A DNA stretch of 64,000 bases from Acidimicrobiales bacterium (GTDB lineage Bacteria > Actinomycetota > Acidimicrobiia > Acidimicrobiales > AC-14): positions 8,644 through 72,643 of the forward strand of contig JBPCJQ010000031.1 of NCBI GenBank assembly GCA_051005135.1, in the 5' to 3' direction. The number at the start of each line of letters is the position of its first letter. Position 1 is the stretch's first letter. Below, one piece after another: positions 26,989 through 35,931 of this stretch. The position numbers and the translations under genes are program-made. Under the pieces are notes generated by a model. It searched no databases, was not told where the DNA came from, and was given only the letters and a program-made list of their open reading frames with translations.

Positions 26989-28377
26989 ATGCTGGGCGCC
27001 ATGGTGGAGGCGGGAATGGACGCCGCCCGCCTGTCGCTCGCCCACGGCCCGCTGGAGGAGGCCCTCGCCCGGCTCCGGCGCATCCGGTCGGTGAAGGCCG
27101 AGAAGGGTCGGCTCGGCGCGGTGCTGGGAGACCTTCCGGGTCCCAAGGTGCGGGCTGGGGCTTTCCCCGACGGGGGCGTATACCTGGCAGGTGGAGCGAT
27201 CGTTGAGCTTGTCGGGGGCGACGGACATGAACCCAGCGGGGAGCGCCGCATTGCCGTCGACCATCCGGGGGCGCTGGCCGCCCTGCTTCCCGGCGATCGG
27301 GTCGCCCTGGGTGACGGGGCGGTGCAGGTGATGGTGCGCGACGTCGACTCCGAACGGGCCACCGCCGAGGTCATCACCGGTGGCCGCGCCCAGGGGCGCC
27401 CGGGCGTGACCCTGCCCGCCGGACGACTCGCCATCTCCTCTCCCACATCTGAGGATCTCCGCCTGCTCGCGGCCCTGGCTGAGGCCGACATCGACGCGGT
27501 GGCTATCAGCTTCGTGCGCTCGGCTGACGACATCGAGCGGGCCCGGGCCGCGATCGGCAGCTCCGGCCCCATGCTGGTGGCCAAGATCGAGACCCAGGAG
27601 GCCGTCGACGCTCTGGAGGAGATAATCGCCGTGGCTGACGGCGTGATGGTGGCCAGGGGCGACCTCGGCATCCGCTGCGCCCTCGAAGACGTTCCCCACT
27701 ACCAGAAGCGCATCATCCGCACGGGGGTGGCCTTCGGCCGGCCTGTGATCACCGCCACCCAGATGCTCGAGTCGATGGTGACCGCGTCGGTGCCGACACG
27801 AGCGGAGGTGAGCGACGTGGCCAACGCCGTCTTCGACGGCACCAGCGCCCTCATGCTCTCCGGGGAGACGGCAGTCGGCCGCGACCCAGTCGCCGCGGTG
27901 GCCACCATGGCTCGGGTGGCGGTGAGGGCGGAGGCCGAGTTCGACTACGGGAGCTGGGGGAGGAACCTGGGTCGACAGCAAAACGTGGAGGCCCAGGGGG
28001 CGCCGGTGCCAGTGCGGATCACGGGCGCCATCTCCGCCGCCGCCTGGCGGGCGGCGACCGACGCCGACGTCACCGCCATCATCGCCTGCACGGAGAACGG
28101 TGCCACCGCCCGGGCCATCTCCCGGTTCCGCCCTACCGTGCCGGTGCTTGCGGCCACGCCGTCGCTGCGAACCGCTCGCCAGCTCTCCATGGCTTGGGGG
28201 ATCACCGCCATTCCCGCCGAGCGCCACAACACTACTGACGACATCGTGTGGTTCGCGGTGAAGGCGGCAACCGAGCAGGGTTTCGTGCGACCTGGCGACC
28301 TGGTGGCCGTGCTGGCTGGATCGCCCACCGATCCGGAGCCTGCCACCGACACTCTCCGGCTGGTGCGCGTCAGGTGA
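26989..28377 (+). CDS. pyk: pyruvate kinase (true start probably upstream of the first ATG)
   Basis: GMDAARLSLAHG...; KIETQEAV; MVARGDLG; ATQMLESM. The conserved N-terminal strand RRTKIVATIGPASESPS is encoded in frame at 26938-26988, with no ATG/GTG/TTG/CTG upstream in that frame. Confidence 0.9.
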   Translation: MLGAMVEAGMDAARLSLAHGPLEEALARLRRIRSVKAEKGRLGAVLGDLPGPKVRAGAFPDGGVYLAGGAIVELVGGDGHEPSGERRIAVDHPGALAALLPGDRVALGDGAVQVMVRDVDSERATAEVITGGRAQGRPGVTLPAGRLAISSPTSEDLRLLAALAEADIDAVAISFVRSADDIERARAAIGSSGPMLVAKIETQEAVDALEEIIAVADGVMVARGDLGIRCALEDVPHYQKRIIRTGVAFGRPVITATQMLESMVTASVPTRAEVSDVANAVFDGTSALMLSGETAVGRDPVAAVATMARVAVRAEAEFDYGSWGRNLGRQQNVEAQGAPVPVRITGAISAAAWRAATDADVTAIIACTENGATARAISRFRPTVPVLAATPSLRTARQLSMAWGITAIPAERHNTTDDIVWFAVKAATEQGFVRPGDLVAVLAGSPTDPEPATDTLRLVRVR

Positions 28378-29482
28378 GAGGATCTTTTCGGCGGCGACCC
28401 TCTCGGGCCGCTCTCTCGGCCAGCTCGCCCAGCCTGGCGGTGGCCGAGAGGGTCGAGGCTTCCTTGGCCCGCAACGACAGGTAGGCGACGGCGCCAACCG
28501 GGATTGGCAGCCAGAAGTTGACCAGCCGCCAGGCGGCGACGCCGAGGAGCGCAATACCGCGGGGTGAGCCGAAGCCCACCAGTGTGGGGATCAGCACGCC
28601 CTCGATGATGCCCAGGCCCCCCGGCGTGACGGGGATGGCACCCAAGACGTTGGCCAGGCCATAGGCGACCAGGATGGCGTCGAGGGCAGGAGCGCCGCCG
28701 AAAGCAGTGAGGAACACCCACAGCGAAGCCAGGTCGAGGAGCCAGTTGGTCAAGGCCCAGCCCGCTGCTCGTATGAGCAGGTTGCGGTCGCCGCCCAGCT
28801 GGCGGAGGCGATCGGCCAGTTGGTGCACGATTCGTTGCACCGATTCCTCGCCGAAGAACGGCATCCGTCGGACTACGGCCCGTAGGACCGTCGTCGTGCG
28901 GGCTTCCCGGAGCGTCAGGGACAGGACGGCGGCGGCGAAGGCGGCCATGAGGACCACACCGACCACTGCCGCCGTGACGTAAAGGGGGTTGAAACCACGG
29001 ACGGGGATGGAGACCACCAGCCCGACCCAGAGCAACAGGTTGAGGACGATCGCCGAGCCCAACCCCTGCGCGCCCAGGGCAAAGCCTGCATCGGGGCCGC
29101 GCACACCGGATCGGGTCATGAGGTCGTAACCCAGGCCGGTACCAGCGGCGCTGCCCGCCGGCACGACGTGGCTCACCGCCAAGGTCGAGAGCTGGATGCG
29201 AGCCAGGGTGCCAAGCGACGGCCTCCCCACCCGGGGGAGCAATGACCGGGTGAGCTGGGCGTAGGCCCCCAGGGCGGCAGCCTCCAGCAAGAAGCCGGCG
29301 GCAACCCATGCCGGCTGGATGCGCCCGAGGAGGTGGATCGCCTTCCTGGTGCCGGCCAGCTGGGGCAGCACCAGGTACTCGAGCACCAGTAGGAACGCCA
29401 GCAAACCCAGGACCCGCCTTATCCCCCGACTGGTGCGCCCGCCCCGGTGTTGGTTGCCCGACGCCGCGTCTTCCACCGTCAT
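28370..29482 (-). CDS. flippase-like/UPF0104 (LPG-synthase TM-type) membrane protein
   Basis: 370 aa with about 8 TM helices and a basic N-terminus. Typical YbhN-like layout. 8-nt convergent overlap with pyk. Confidence 0.7.
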   Translation of the reverse strand: MTVEDAASGNQHRGGRTSRGIRRVLGLLAFLLVLEYLVLPQLAGTRKAIHLLGRIQPAWVAAGFLLEAAALGAYAQLTRSLLPRVGRPSLGTLARIQLSTLAVSHVVPAGSAAGTGLGYDLMTRSGVRGPDAGFALGAQGLGSAIVLNLLLWVGLVVSIPVRGFNPLYVTAAVVGVVLMAAFAAAVLSLTLREARTTTVLRAVVRRMPFFGEESVQRIVHQLADRLRQLGGDRNLLIRAAGWALTNWLLDLASLWVFLTAFGGAPALDAILVAYGLANVLGAIPVTPGGLGIIEGVLIPTLVGFGSPRGIALLGVAAWRLVNFWLPIPVGAVAYLSLRAKEASTLSATARLGELAERAAREGRRRKDPLT

Positions 29483-29527
29483 CTTCTAGCCGCTCGGTGG
29501 CATGTGGGATGCCTTAGTATCCCGGCG

Positions 29528-30058
29528 ATGGGACTCAGGGCGTCCCCGCGGCCGCGAAGCCACCGGCCAGCAGACGCCGGCCGTATCCACGAGCAGGCCG
29601 CCCTGCGGCTGGCCTCGGCCGACCAGCGCTACACGGCCGGCCGCCGTGCCCTGGTGGAAGTGCTGGGAGGGACAGCCCGGCCCCTGACCACACCTGAGAT
29701 CCTGAGCCGCGCCGCTGGTGGGGTGCCACAGAGCTCGGCCTACCGCAACCTCACCGTGCTGGTGGAGGCCGGGGTGGTACGTCGCCTGGCCGGGGCCGAC
29801 GACGTGGGGCGCTTCGAGCTCTCCGAGGAGCTCACCGGCGACCACCATCATCATGTGGTGTGTGCAGACTGCGGAACAGTGGTGGACGTCACCACCTCGA
29901 CGATGCTCGAAAGGGCGCTGTCCGAGGCGGGCCGGGTGGTGGCCAGTCAGACGGGCTTCACCGTGACCGATCACCGCATCGACCTGGTGGGCCGCTGTCC
30001 CGACTGCACCGGTGCCCGCCCCGACGACCCCTTGCTGTCATCGGTCGGATCGTCCTGA
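29528..30058 (+). CDS. Fur-family metalloregulator (Zur-like)
   Basis: wHTH ...TTPEILSRAAGGVPQSSAYRNLTVLVEAGVV..., HHHHVVCADCG...CPDC. Adjacent to the metal ABC operon. ATG 29528 inside ORF 29447..30058. Confidence 0.85.
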   Translation: MGLRASPRPRSHRPADAGRIHEQAALRLASADQRYTAGRRALVEVLGGTARPLTTPEILSRAAGGVPQSSAYRNLTVLVEAGVVRRLAGADDVGRFELSEELTGDHHHHVVCADCGTVVDVTTSTMLERALSEAGRVVASQTGFTVTDHRIDLVGRCPDCTGARPDDPLLSSVGSS

Positions 30059-30955
30059 TCGGGGGCTGAGCAGGCCGGCCACCGCCTTCGGGCCACGCAG
30101 GCCGGCCACCGCGTTCGGGACACGCAGGCCGGCCACCAGGTAGGCGACGACGAGCAGGCTGACGATGACGAAGCTCGGCGGCAGGTCGGAGCGGATATAG
30201 CTGATGACCAGCCCGGCCCAGACGGCCGTGACCGCCAATGCGCTCGACAGCCACATGCCGGTCCAAGGGCGGTCGGTCAGGTGACGGGCTATAGCAGCCG
30301 GTGTGGCCATCAAGGCCAGTACCAGGAGGGTGCCGAGGACCTGGACGGCCTGGGCCACGGCCAGGCCCAGCAGGGCCAGGAAGGCCACCTCCACGAATCG
30401 GACCGGCACGCCTTGGGAACGAGCCACGTCGGGGTCGACGGTGGAGAAGAGCAGGGGCCGGGCGACCAGGAGCAGGCCACCGATGGTAACCGCTGCCACC
30501 CACGCGGTAGCCCGGATCTGGCCGCCGCTGATCCCGAACACCGACCCGAAAAGCACCCGTACCGCGGCTGCACCGTCGCCCCCGGCGCCGCCCCCGGTCA
30601 GCACCGACAGGAAGTAGGCGCCGAGCCCGAGGACCCAGGCGAACACGATGCCGGTCACCGTGTCGCCCGCCCTGGCCGCCCGGCTGCCCGCCAAGCCGAG
30701 GACGACGGCGAGCACCACGGTGCCCCCGTACACGCCCACGCCGGCTCCCAACCCGTAGGCGAGGGCGCCCACGCCGCCTGTCAGGGCCACATGGCTGAGC
30801 GCGTCGGCGGCGAAGACCTGGTTGCGCGTCACGACGAACCATCCCGCCAGGCCGGCGGCCACCGCAGTGAGCGCTCCCGCGGCCGCGGCGTTGCGAAAGA
30901 ACCCGTGGGCGAGGATGCCCGGCCAGGAGGCCGCCAGCGCCCCCGTCCCCGTCAT
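30038..30955 (-). CDS. metal ABC transporter permease (ABC-3/ZnuB-MntB family)
   Basis: Multi-TM, Gly/Ala/Leu-rich. ATG 30955 overlaps the upstream stop (ATGA). 3' part of ORF 30038..31078. Confidence 0.85.
   Translation of the reverse strand: MTGTGALAASWPGILAHGFFRNAAAAGALTAVAAGLAGWFVVTRNQVFAADALSHVALTGGVGALAYGLGAGVGVYGGTVVLAVVLGLAGSRAARAGDTVTGIVFAWVLGLGAYFLSVLTGGGAGGDGAAAVRVLFGSVFGISGGQIRATAWVAAVTIGGLLLVARPLLFSTVDPDVARSQGVPVRFVEVAFLALLGLAVAQAVQVLGTLLVLALMATPAAIARHLTDRPWTGMWLSSALAVTAVWAGLVISYIRSDLPPSFVIVSLLVVAYLVAGLRVPNAVAGLRGPKAVAGLLSPRSGRSDR
30070..30140. repeat. 27-bp tandem repeat, about 2.6 copies
   Basis: GCAGGCCGGCCACCGCCTTCGGGCCAC / GCAGGCCGGCCACCGCGTTCGGGACAC / GCAGGCCGGCCACCAGG. 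Encodes VAGLR.P.A repeats at the C-terminus of the permease. Confidence 0.9.
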
Positions 30956-31833
30956 TGCCAGTGCACTCGGCGGGCGGCGGTGGCGCCACGAGCAGCCAGG
31001 TAGGCGGCAAAGCCGACGGTGGTTATCCAGAACCCGGCGGGGCGATCGGTGAAGAGGGCCGCCCCCAGCCCTGCCCACACCACCGCCACGCCAATGGCAA
31101 CCGCGACACCCAGCGACAGGGCTGGCCGGGCGGTGACCACCTGGGCGGTGGCCGCAGGGGTGACCACCAGGGAGAACACGAGCAGTACACCGGTGAACTG
31201 GCTGGCGCCCGCCACCGCCACCGCCATCAGGGCAAGAAAGGCACCGCCCAGGGCTCGTACCGGCAACCCAGCTCCTGCGGCGACGGCGGGATCGACGCTG
31301 GCGAACAGCAACGGCCGGCCCAGCACTGCTACCACCACCAGCACGGCGGCGGCGGCGGTGACCAGGAAGGCGGCCTCTGTGGCCGACACTCCCAGGAAGC
31401 TGCCGAACAGGAAGGCCGTCACGTTGGCGAGGAAGCCGTGGTAAAGGGTCGCGAACAGCAGCCCCAGGGCCAGGGCGGCGGCCTGGACCGTGCCCACAAC
31501 CGCCGAGTGGCTGCGGCGTAGGCCCGATGCCGGATCATGGCCGCTTCCGAGCGCAGCCATGGCTCCTGCTCCCAATAGAGCGGCGCCGAAGTAGCCGGCG
31601 GCCGGGGCCAGGCCGGCCAGAGCTGCACCGGTGGCGCCGGGGAACGCCACCATGGCCAGGCTGTGGGTGGCGTAGGCGTCCTGGCGGAGCACCACGAACC
31701 ACCCGACCACCGCGCCCATGACAGCCACTGCGGTGCCGGCGATCAGGGCGTGACGCATGAAGGGGTAATGCCACAGCACGGCCACGTCGTGCCAGGGAGC
31801 GAGCGTGGCCCGGGGAAGGGTAGGGGTCAACAC
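30952..31833 (-). CDS. metal ABC transporter permease (ABC-3 family), second copy
   Basis: 293 aa, multi-TM, paralogous to the downstream permease. Confidence 0.85.
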   Translation of the reverse strand: MLTPTLPRATLAPWHDVAVLWHYPFMRHALIAGTAVAVMGAVVGWFVVLRQDAYATHSLAMVAFPGATGAALAGLAPAAGYFGAALLGAGAMAALGSGHDPASGLRRSHSAVVGTVQAAALALGLLFATLYHGFLANVTAFLFGSFLGVSATEAAFLVTAAAAVLVVVAVLGRPLLFASVDPAVAAGAGLPVRALGGAFLALMAVAVAGASQFTGVLLVFSLVVTPAATAQVVTARPALSLGVAVAIGVAVVWAGLGAALFTDRPAGFWITTVGFAAYLAARGATAARRVHWQ

Positions 31834-31852
31834 GGCGAGGCGCGGCCCAATC

Positions 31853-32680
31853 TCAGCCGTGGCCGTGGAAGGAGGTGGCCTCGGGAACGCCTGCCACGAT
31901 CAGGCGGCCGTCGTTGGTGCGTAGCACGTCGACGGGGGAGCCGTAGATGCGGCTGAGGTTCTCGCCGGTGATGATATCGAGGGGCGCGCCGGCCAGGGCT
32001 CTGCCGGCGGCCATATAGACGACGGCATCAAGGTAGCTCAGGATCGGGTTGACGTCGTGGGCCACCATGATCACGGTCACACCCCCCTGGCAGACCGTGC
32101 CGATGAGCCCGGCCACGGCCCTTTGGCTGGGGAGGTCGAGGCTCTCCAGGGGCTCGTCGAGGAGCAACAGCTGGGGCCGGCGCACCAGGGCCTGGGCGAT
32201 GAGCAGGCGCTGCTGCTCGCCGCCGGAGACCTCACCGACGGGCTTGGCCGCGTACCCCTCGGCCCCGACCTCGGCGATAGCCTCGTCAACTCTCTGGCGC
32301 GCCTCCAGCTCGCGCCTTCGGCCGACGAACGGAAGGGGTATGCCCCACCGGGAGCCGTCGAGGCCCAGGCGCACGAGATCGATCCCCCGCAGGCGCAGCG
32401 AGGCATCGAAGCTGCGGCGCTGGGGGAGCCAGGAGACGAGCGGCCGGGCCTCGGCGGGGCGCCTACCCAGCACCTCCACGTGCCCCGAGGCCACCGGCAG
32501 GAGGCCGAGCAGCATCTCGAGCAGCGTCGACTTTCCAGCTCCGTTGGGTCCCAGCACGGCAACGAGCTGACCGCGGCTGATCGACACCGACAGGTCGGAC
32601 CACACCGTTGTGCCATCCCGGCGGGCCGTGACTGCCTCGAGGAGCACGGCTGGCCCGGTCTGGCCATGGGCCTCCGTCAC
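31853..32680 (-). CDS. metal ABC transporter ATP-binding protein (ZnuC-like)
   Basis: GPNGAGKSTL, LSGGEQQR, LLLLDEP. GTG 32680 overlaps the SBP stop (GTGA). The longer ORF 31853..33301 is a shadow extension. Confidence 0.9.
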   Translation of the reverse strand: MTEAHGQTGPAVLLEAVTARRDGTTVWSDLSVSISRGQLVAVLGPNGAGKSTLLEMLLGLLPVASGHVEVLGRRPAEARPLVSWLPQRRSFDASLRLRGIDLVRLGLDGSRWGIPLPFVGRRRELEARQRVDEAIAEVGAEGYAAKPVGEVSGGEQQRLLIAQALVRRPQLLLLDEPLESLDLPSQRAVAGLIGTVCQGGVTVIMVAHDVNPILSYLDAVVYMAAGRALAGAPLDIITGENLSRIYGSPVDVLRTNDGRLIVAGVPEATSFHGHG

Positions 32681-33597
32681 GGCTGGCGCGCCGCGCCCAG
32701 AGCGTGCTCCAGGTGGCGTAGTTGGCTGACCTGCCAGTCCTCGAAGGTGGATCCTGGAGGGGAGAGCGTCTCGGTGACGGCGACGACGGGCACGCCGGCT
32801 CTCCTGGCGGTGGCGACAAGGGCCCGCACGTCGGGGGTGGTGTTCTGGCTGTTGTACACGAACACCGCAACCTGGCGGCCCGACAGCAGGCGGTCCATGG
32901 CCTGCTTGTCGCCGGCTGTGGGCTCGTTGCCCTCGGCCACCGCCGCCGAGAAAGTGCGGGGACTCACCACCCTCAGGCCCAGGGCGGCGGCCATGCCGTC
33001 GAAGATGCTCTCGGACACGGCGATGGGAGTGCCGGAGAAGGCGGCCCCGATGCGGGCCACGGTGTCGTCGTAAACCTTCAGGCCACCGCCGTAGAGGTGG
33101 GCGGCCGCGCTGTCGAACGTGGTGGCGCCGGCCGGGTCGATACGCTTCAGGGCGGCGACCATGGCGTCGACCACCCGGTGGACGTCGGCTGGCATGTACC
33201 ACCGGTGAGGGTTTTCGCCGGGCTGGGCGCCTACCAGCTTTCCCACATCGAGCACCACCCGACGGGCCGAGGGGTCGGCGTCGACCAGCTTGGAGGCCCA
33301 CGGGTCATAGCCGAGGCCGTTGACCACGACCAGGCGGGCGTCAGCGACGGCCGCGGCGTCCGACGGCTTGGGGTCGTAGTCGTGGGGGTCGACGGCGGGG
33401 TTGCGCACGATGCTCGACACCGCCACCCGGCCACCGGCCAAGCGGGCGAGCAGACTTCCCCACACGTCTTCGGCGGCGACGGCCGTCACCTGGCGGCCCG
33501 GCCCGGCGGCGCCGGGGCTGGAGCAGCCCACCGCCCCCACCAGCACGACCATGCCCACGCTCAGTCGTCGCCGGACGAGAGTGGGAATCGGTTTCAC
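32677..33597 (-). CDS. metal ABC substrate-binding lipoprotein (TroA/ZnuA family)
   Basis: Lipobox LVGAVGC; VDPHDYDP, NGLGYDPW, NPHRW. GTG start. Confidence 0.88.
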   Translation of the reverse strand: MKPIPTLVRRRLSVGMVVLVGAVGCSSPGAAGPGRQVTAVAAEDVWGSLLARLAGGRVAVSSIVRNPAVDPHDYDPKPSDAAAVADARLVVVNGLGYDPWASKLVDADPSARRVVLDVGKLVGAQPGENPHRWYMPADVHRVVDAMVAALKRIDPAGATTFDSAAAHLYGGGLKVYDDTVARIGAAFSGTPIAVSESIFDGMAAALGLRVVSPRTFSAAVAEGNEPTAGDKQAMDRLLSGRQVAVFVYNSQNTTPDVRALVATARRAGVPVVAVTETLSPPGSTFEDWQVSQLRHLEHALGAARQP

Positions 33598-33603
33598 TTC
33601 ATC

Positions 33604-33614
33604 GACATAATGTC
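33604..33614. promoter_or_regulatory. palindrome GACATAATGTC just upstream of the SBP start (candidate Fur-family box)
   Basis: Perfect 5-1-5 inverted repeat in a locally AT-rich patch, 7 nt upstream of GTG 33597. Confidence 0.3.
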
Positions 33615-33718
33615 TTTCGTGCCCGGCACTGTCAATCGACCCAGCCGCTCCGACTACCTTCTCCAGCTTGTCGGCGGGGTTCCCCCGGCGAAGCGGCGAC
33701 GGCTAGGCTCGTGTCACC

Positions 33719-33791
33719 GGGCCGTTGGCGCAGTTGGTAGCGCACTTGCATGACGCGCAAGGGGTCAGAGGTTCGAGTCCTCTACGGCCCA
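33719..33791 (+). tRNA. tRNA-Val (anticodon GAC)
   Basis: GGGCCGTTGGCGCAGTTGGTAGCGCACTTGCATGACGCGCAAGGGGTCAGAGGTTCGAGTCCTCTACGGCCCA. Confidence 0.92.
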
Positions 33792-33914
33792 CCCGGCAAG
33801 CCCGCAGGCGCGACGGTCTACGGTGCCGGTCGCCGAAGGGTCGGGGCGCCAGCGATTCGATGCCAGGCGACACGACCAAGATGGGAATGGCAACTGGAGG
33901 ACTGCCCTTGTGGT

Positions 33915-34310
33915 TCAAAGGCTGACGACTTTGACGAGATGCTCGAGTCCCGCGAAGTCGTCGGGATTTCGAGTGTAGAGAGCGAGCCCGTTGGCGTGGG
34001 CGGTGGCGGCGATGAGCAGGTCTGCGACGCGACGTCGGTGCGACCGGCCGGCCTGGACAACGGCAGCGACTACCTGTCCGAAGCTACGTGCCGCGGCGGC
34101 GTCGAAGACAAGCGGCTCGAAGGTCGCCTCGACCTGTTGCAACCGGGCCTGGCGACGAGCCCGCTCGGCCCCGGCCGCGGCCAGATGGGGGGCGGCCGCA
34201 AGCTCAGCAAGGGTGATCGCGCAAACCGAGGACACCTCGGGCAGGGCAGTGCCCACGCTGGGCTCGTCCCAATCGATGACCACGGAGGTGTCGAGCAGTC
34301 CTGCTGCCAT
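33915..34310 (-). CDS. vapC: PIN-domain toxin VapC
   Basis: LLDTSVVID...LAEL...DLLIAATA...LYTRNPDDF; 131 aa. Confidence 0.9.
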   Translation of the reverse strand: MAAGLLDTSVVIDWDEPSVGTALPEVSSVCAITLAELAAAPHLAAAGAERARRQARLQQVEATFEPLVFDAAAARSFGQVVAAVVQAGRSHRRRVADLLIAATAHANGLALYTRNPDDFAGLEHLVKVVSL

Positions 34311-34559
34311 CTAGAGCCTCTGGTCGACGACGCGGTCGAGGTCGGCTTGAAACTGCTTGCGATCCACGTGCGGCCCCGAAGCGGCGAGGGCCATCAGATC
34401 CGCCTTGGCGACGTTCGTTCGCCGGTTCGTTCGTATTGGCCGTAGCTCGGCGATGGGGACACCGTTACGAGTCACGATGAAGCTCTCGCCGGCTGCCACC
34501 GCCTCTATCACCTTGGCGTTGTCATTTCGGAGCTGGCGTTGCGCAATGGTCTTCGACAT
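34311..34559 (-). CDS. vapB: Phd/YefM-type antitoxin (VapB)
   Basis: 82 aa. Q.QLRNDNAKVIEAVAAGESFIVTRNGVPIAEL. Its stop abuts the vapC ATG. Confidence 0.85.
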   Translation of the reverse strand: MSKTIAQRQLRNDNAKVIEAVAAGESFIVTRNGVPIAELRPIRTNRRTNVAKADLMALAASGPHVDRKQFQADLDRVVDQRL

Positions 34560-34567
34560 CGATGCAT

Positions 34568-34595
34568 TGTAGCAGGATAAGCTACATATAGCTAC
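34568..34595. promoter_or_regulatory. candidate vapBC operator
   Basis: TGTAGC-N7-GCTACA inverted repeat overlapping AGCTAC-ATAT-AGCTAC, in an AT-rich patch directly upstream of vapB. Confidence 0.45.
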
Positions 34596-34890
34596 GGCTG
34601 ACGGGCTCCGGCTGGCCCACGCCGCCGCGCCCTGTTCCGGGGTACGGACCGTCGACCGGTCGCTACGCCACTTCTTTGATCCAGCTGACCGTGGTCAACT
34701 CGATCTCCACCTGACCGCCGAGATCCAGGCAACGCTGCGGAAGGCTCGATAGCCGACATGCAGGGTATGTTCTGGCTCTCCGCGTAGCACGGCACCAATA
34801 TCGCAGCACCGCCCGTCAAAGCATGCCCCTCACAACTTCGACTCCCTCCGAGGCAGTGGCCATGCTCATCCGATCGGCGCGGGAGCAGCC

Positions 34891-35931
34891 ATGACCGACG
34901 TTCTCACCCCGGCTTCGGTGACGGCCGCCACGGAGCAACGGGTGCGCTCGCCCCGCCGACCCCGGCGCCGGGGCCGTTTGGTGGTCCCCTATCTCGTCAC
35001 GGTCTGGTTCCTGGTCACTCTCAACTTCCTCATTCCCCGGGCGATGCCCGGCAACCCGATATCAGCCCTCGAGGACCCTTCCGCCCCCACCTACGTCCGC
35101 GACGACTCGGCCCGGGCCGCCCTCGCCCATCACTACGCCCTCGACCGCCCCCTGGCCAGCCAGTACCTCCACTATGTGGGCGGCCTCCTCCACGGTGACC
35201 TGGGGGAGTCGATCCGCTACAACGCGCCGGTCGCTGATTTGGTAGCCGAGCGCCTTCCGTGGACCTTGTTGCTGGTGGGCACCGCCATGGCTGTTGCTTC
35301 GGCGGCGGGCCTGTTCGCCGGCGTCCAATCGGCGTGGAGGAGGGGCACCTCCTCGGATCGCTGGCTCCTCGGACTGTTCTTGGGCATGCGCAACTTCCCG
35401 GTGTTCTTCCTGGGCTCGCTCGCCTTGTTCGTCTTCGCGGTGAAGCTGCGATGGCTGCCACTTGGCGGCGCTTCCACACCCTTCGTGTCCTTCGGGATCC
35501 TGGCCCGCCTGGCCGACGTCGGTCGCCACCTGGTGTTGCCGGCTGCGGTGCTGGCCGTGCAGTTCGCGGCCGGACACTTCCTGCTGATGCGCGCCTCCAT
35601 GGTGAGCGAGCTGGGTGCCGACTATCTGCTGGCCGGACGGGTGAAGGGGTTGCGGGAGCGCCGGCTCAAGTACGGCTACGCGGCACGCAACGCTCTGCTG
35701 CCGGTGGTGACCCTCATGGCCCTGGAGGTGGGGTTCGCCATCACGGGCAGCATCTTCATCGAGACGGTCTTCGCCTATCCGGGCATGGGACGGCTGGTGT
35801 TCGATTCAGTCGCCTTCCGCGACTACCCGGTGCTGCAGGCGTGTTTTCTCGTCCTCACCCTGGTGGTGGTGACGTTGAACCTGGCGGTGGACCTGCTGTA
35901 CGCCAGGCTCGACCCGAGGGTCGCGGCATGA
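34891..35931 (+). CDS. ABC transporter permease (DppB/OppB/NikB type)
   Basis: 346 aa, 6 TM, with the binding-protein-dependent transport signature region. Confidence 0.88.
   Translation: MTDVLTPASVTAATEQRVRSPRRPRRRGRLVVPYLVTVWFLVTLNFLIPRAMPGNPISALEDPSAPTYVRDDSARAALAHHYALDRPLASQYLHYVGGLLHGDLGESIRYNAPVADLVAERLPWTLLLVGTAMAVASAAGLFAGVQSAWRRGTSSDRWLLGLFLGMRNFPVFFLGSLALFVFAVKLRWLPLGGASTPFVSFGILARLADVGRHLVLPAAVLAVQFAAGHFLLMRASMVSELGADYLLAGRVKGLRERRLKYGYAARNALLPVVTLMALEVGFAITGSIFIETVFAYPGMGRLVFDSVAFRDYPVLQACFLVLTLVVVTLNLAVDLLYARLDPRVAA

Noticed and set aside
30070-30140. CRISPR array or other interspaced repeat locus.
   Set aside because: The only repeats seen (27 bp x2.6, 9 bp x3 at 41432, 9-mers at 59406) are tandem or closely phased, lack spacers, and mostly lie inside coding sequence.
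34592-34819. 75-aa ORF on the minus strand in the vapB-dppB spacer.
   Set aside because: The product is Arg/Gly-rich with poor codon bias and no RBS. The region looks non-coding or degenerate.
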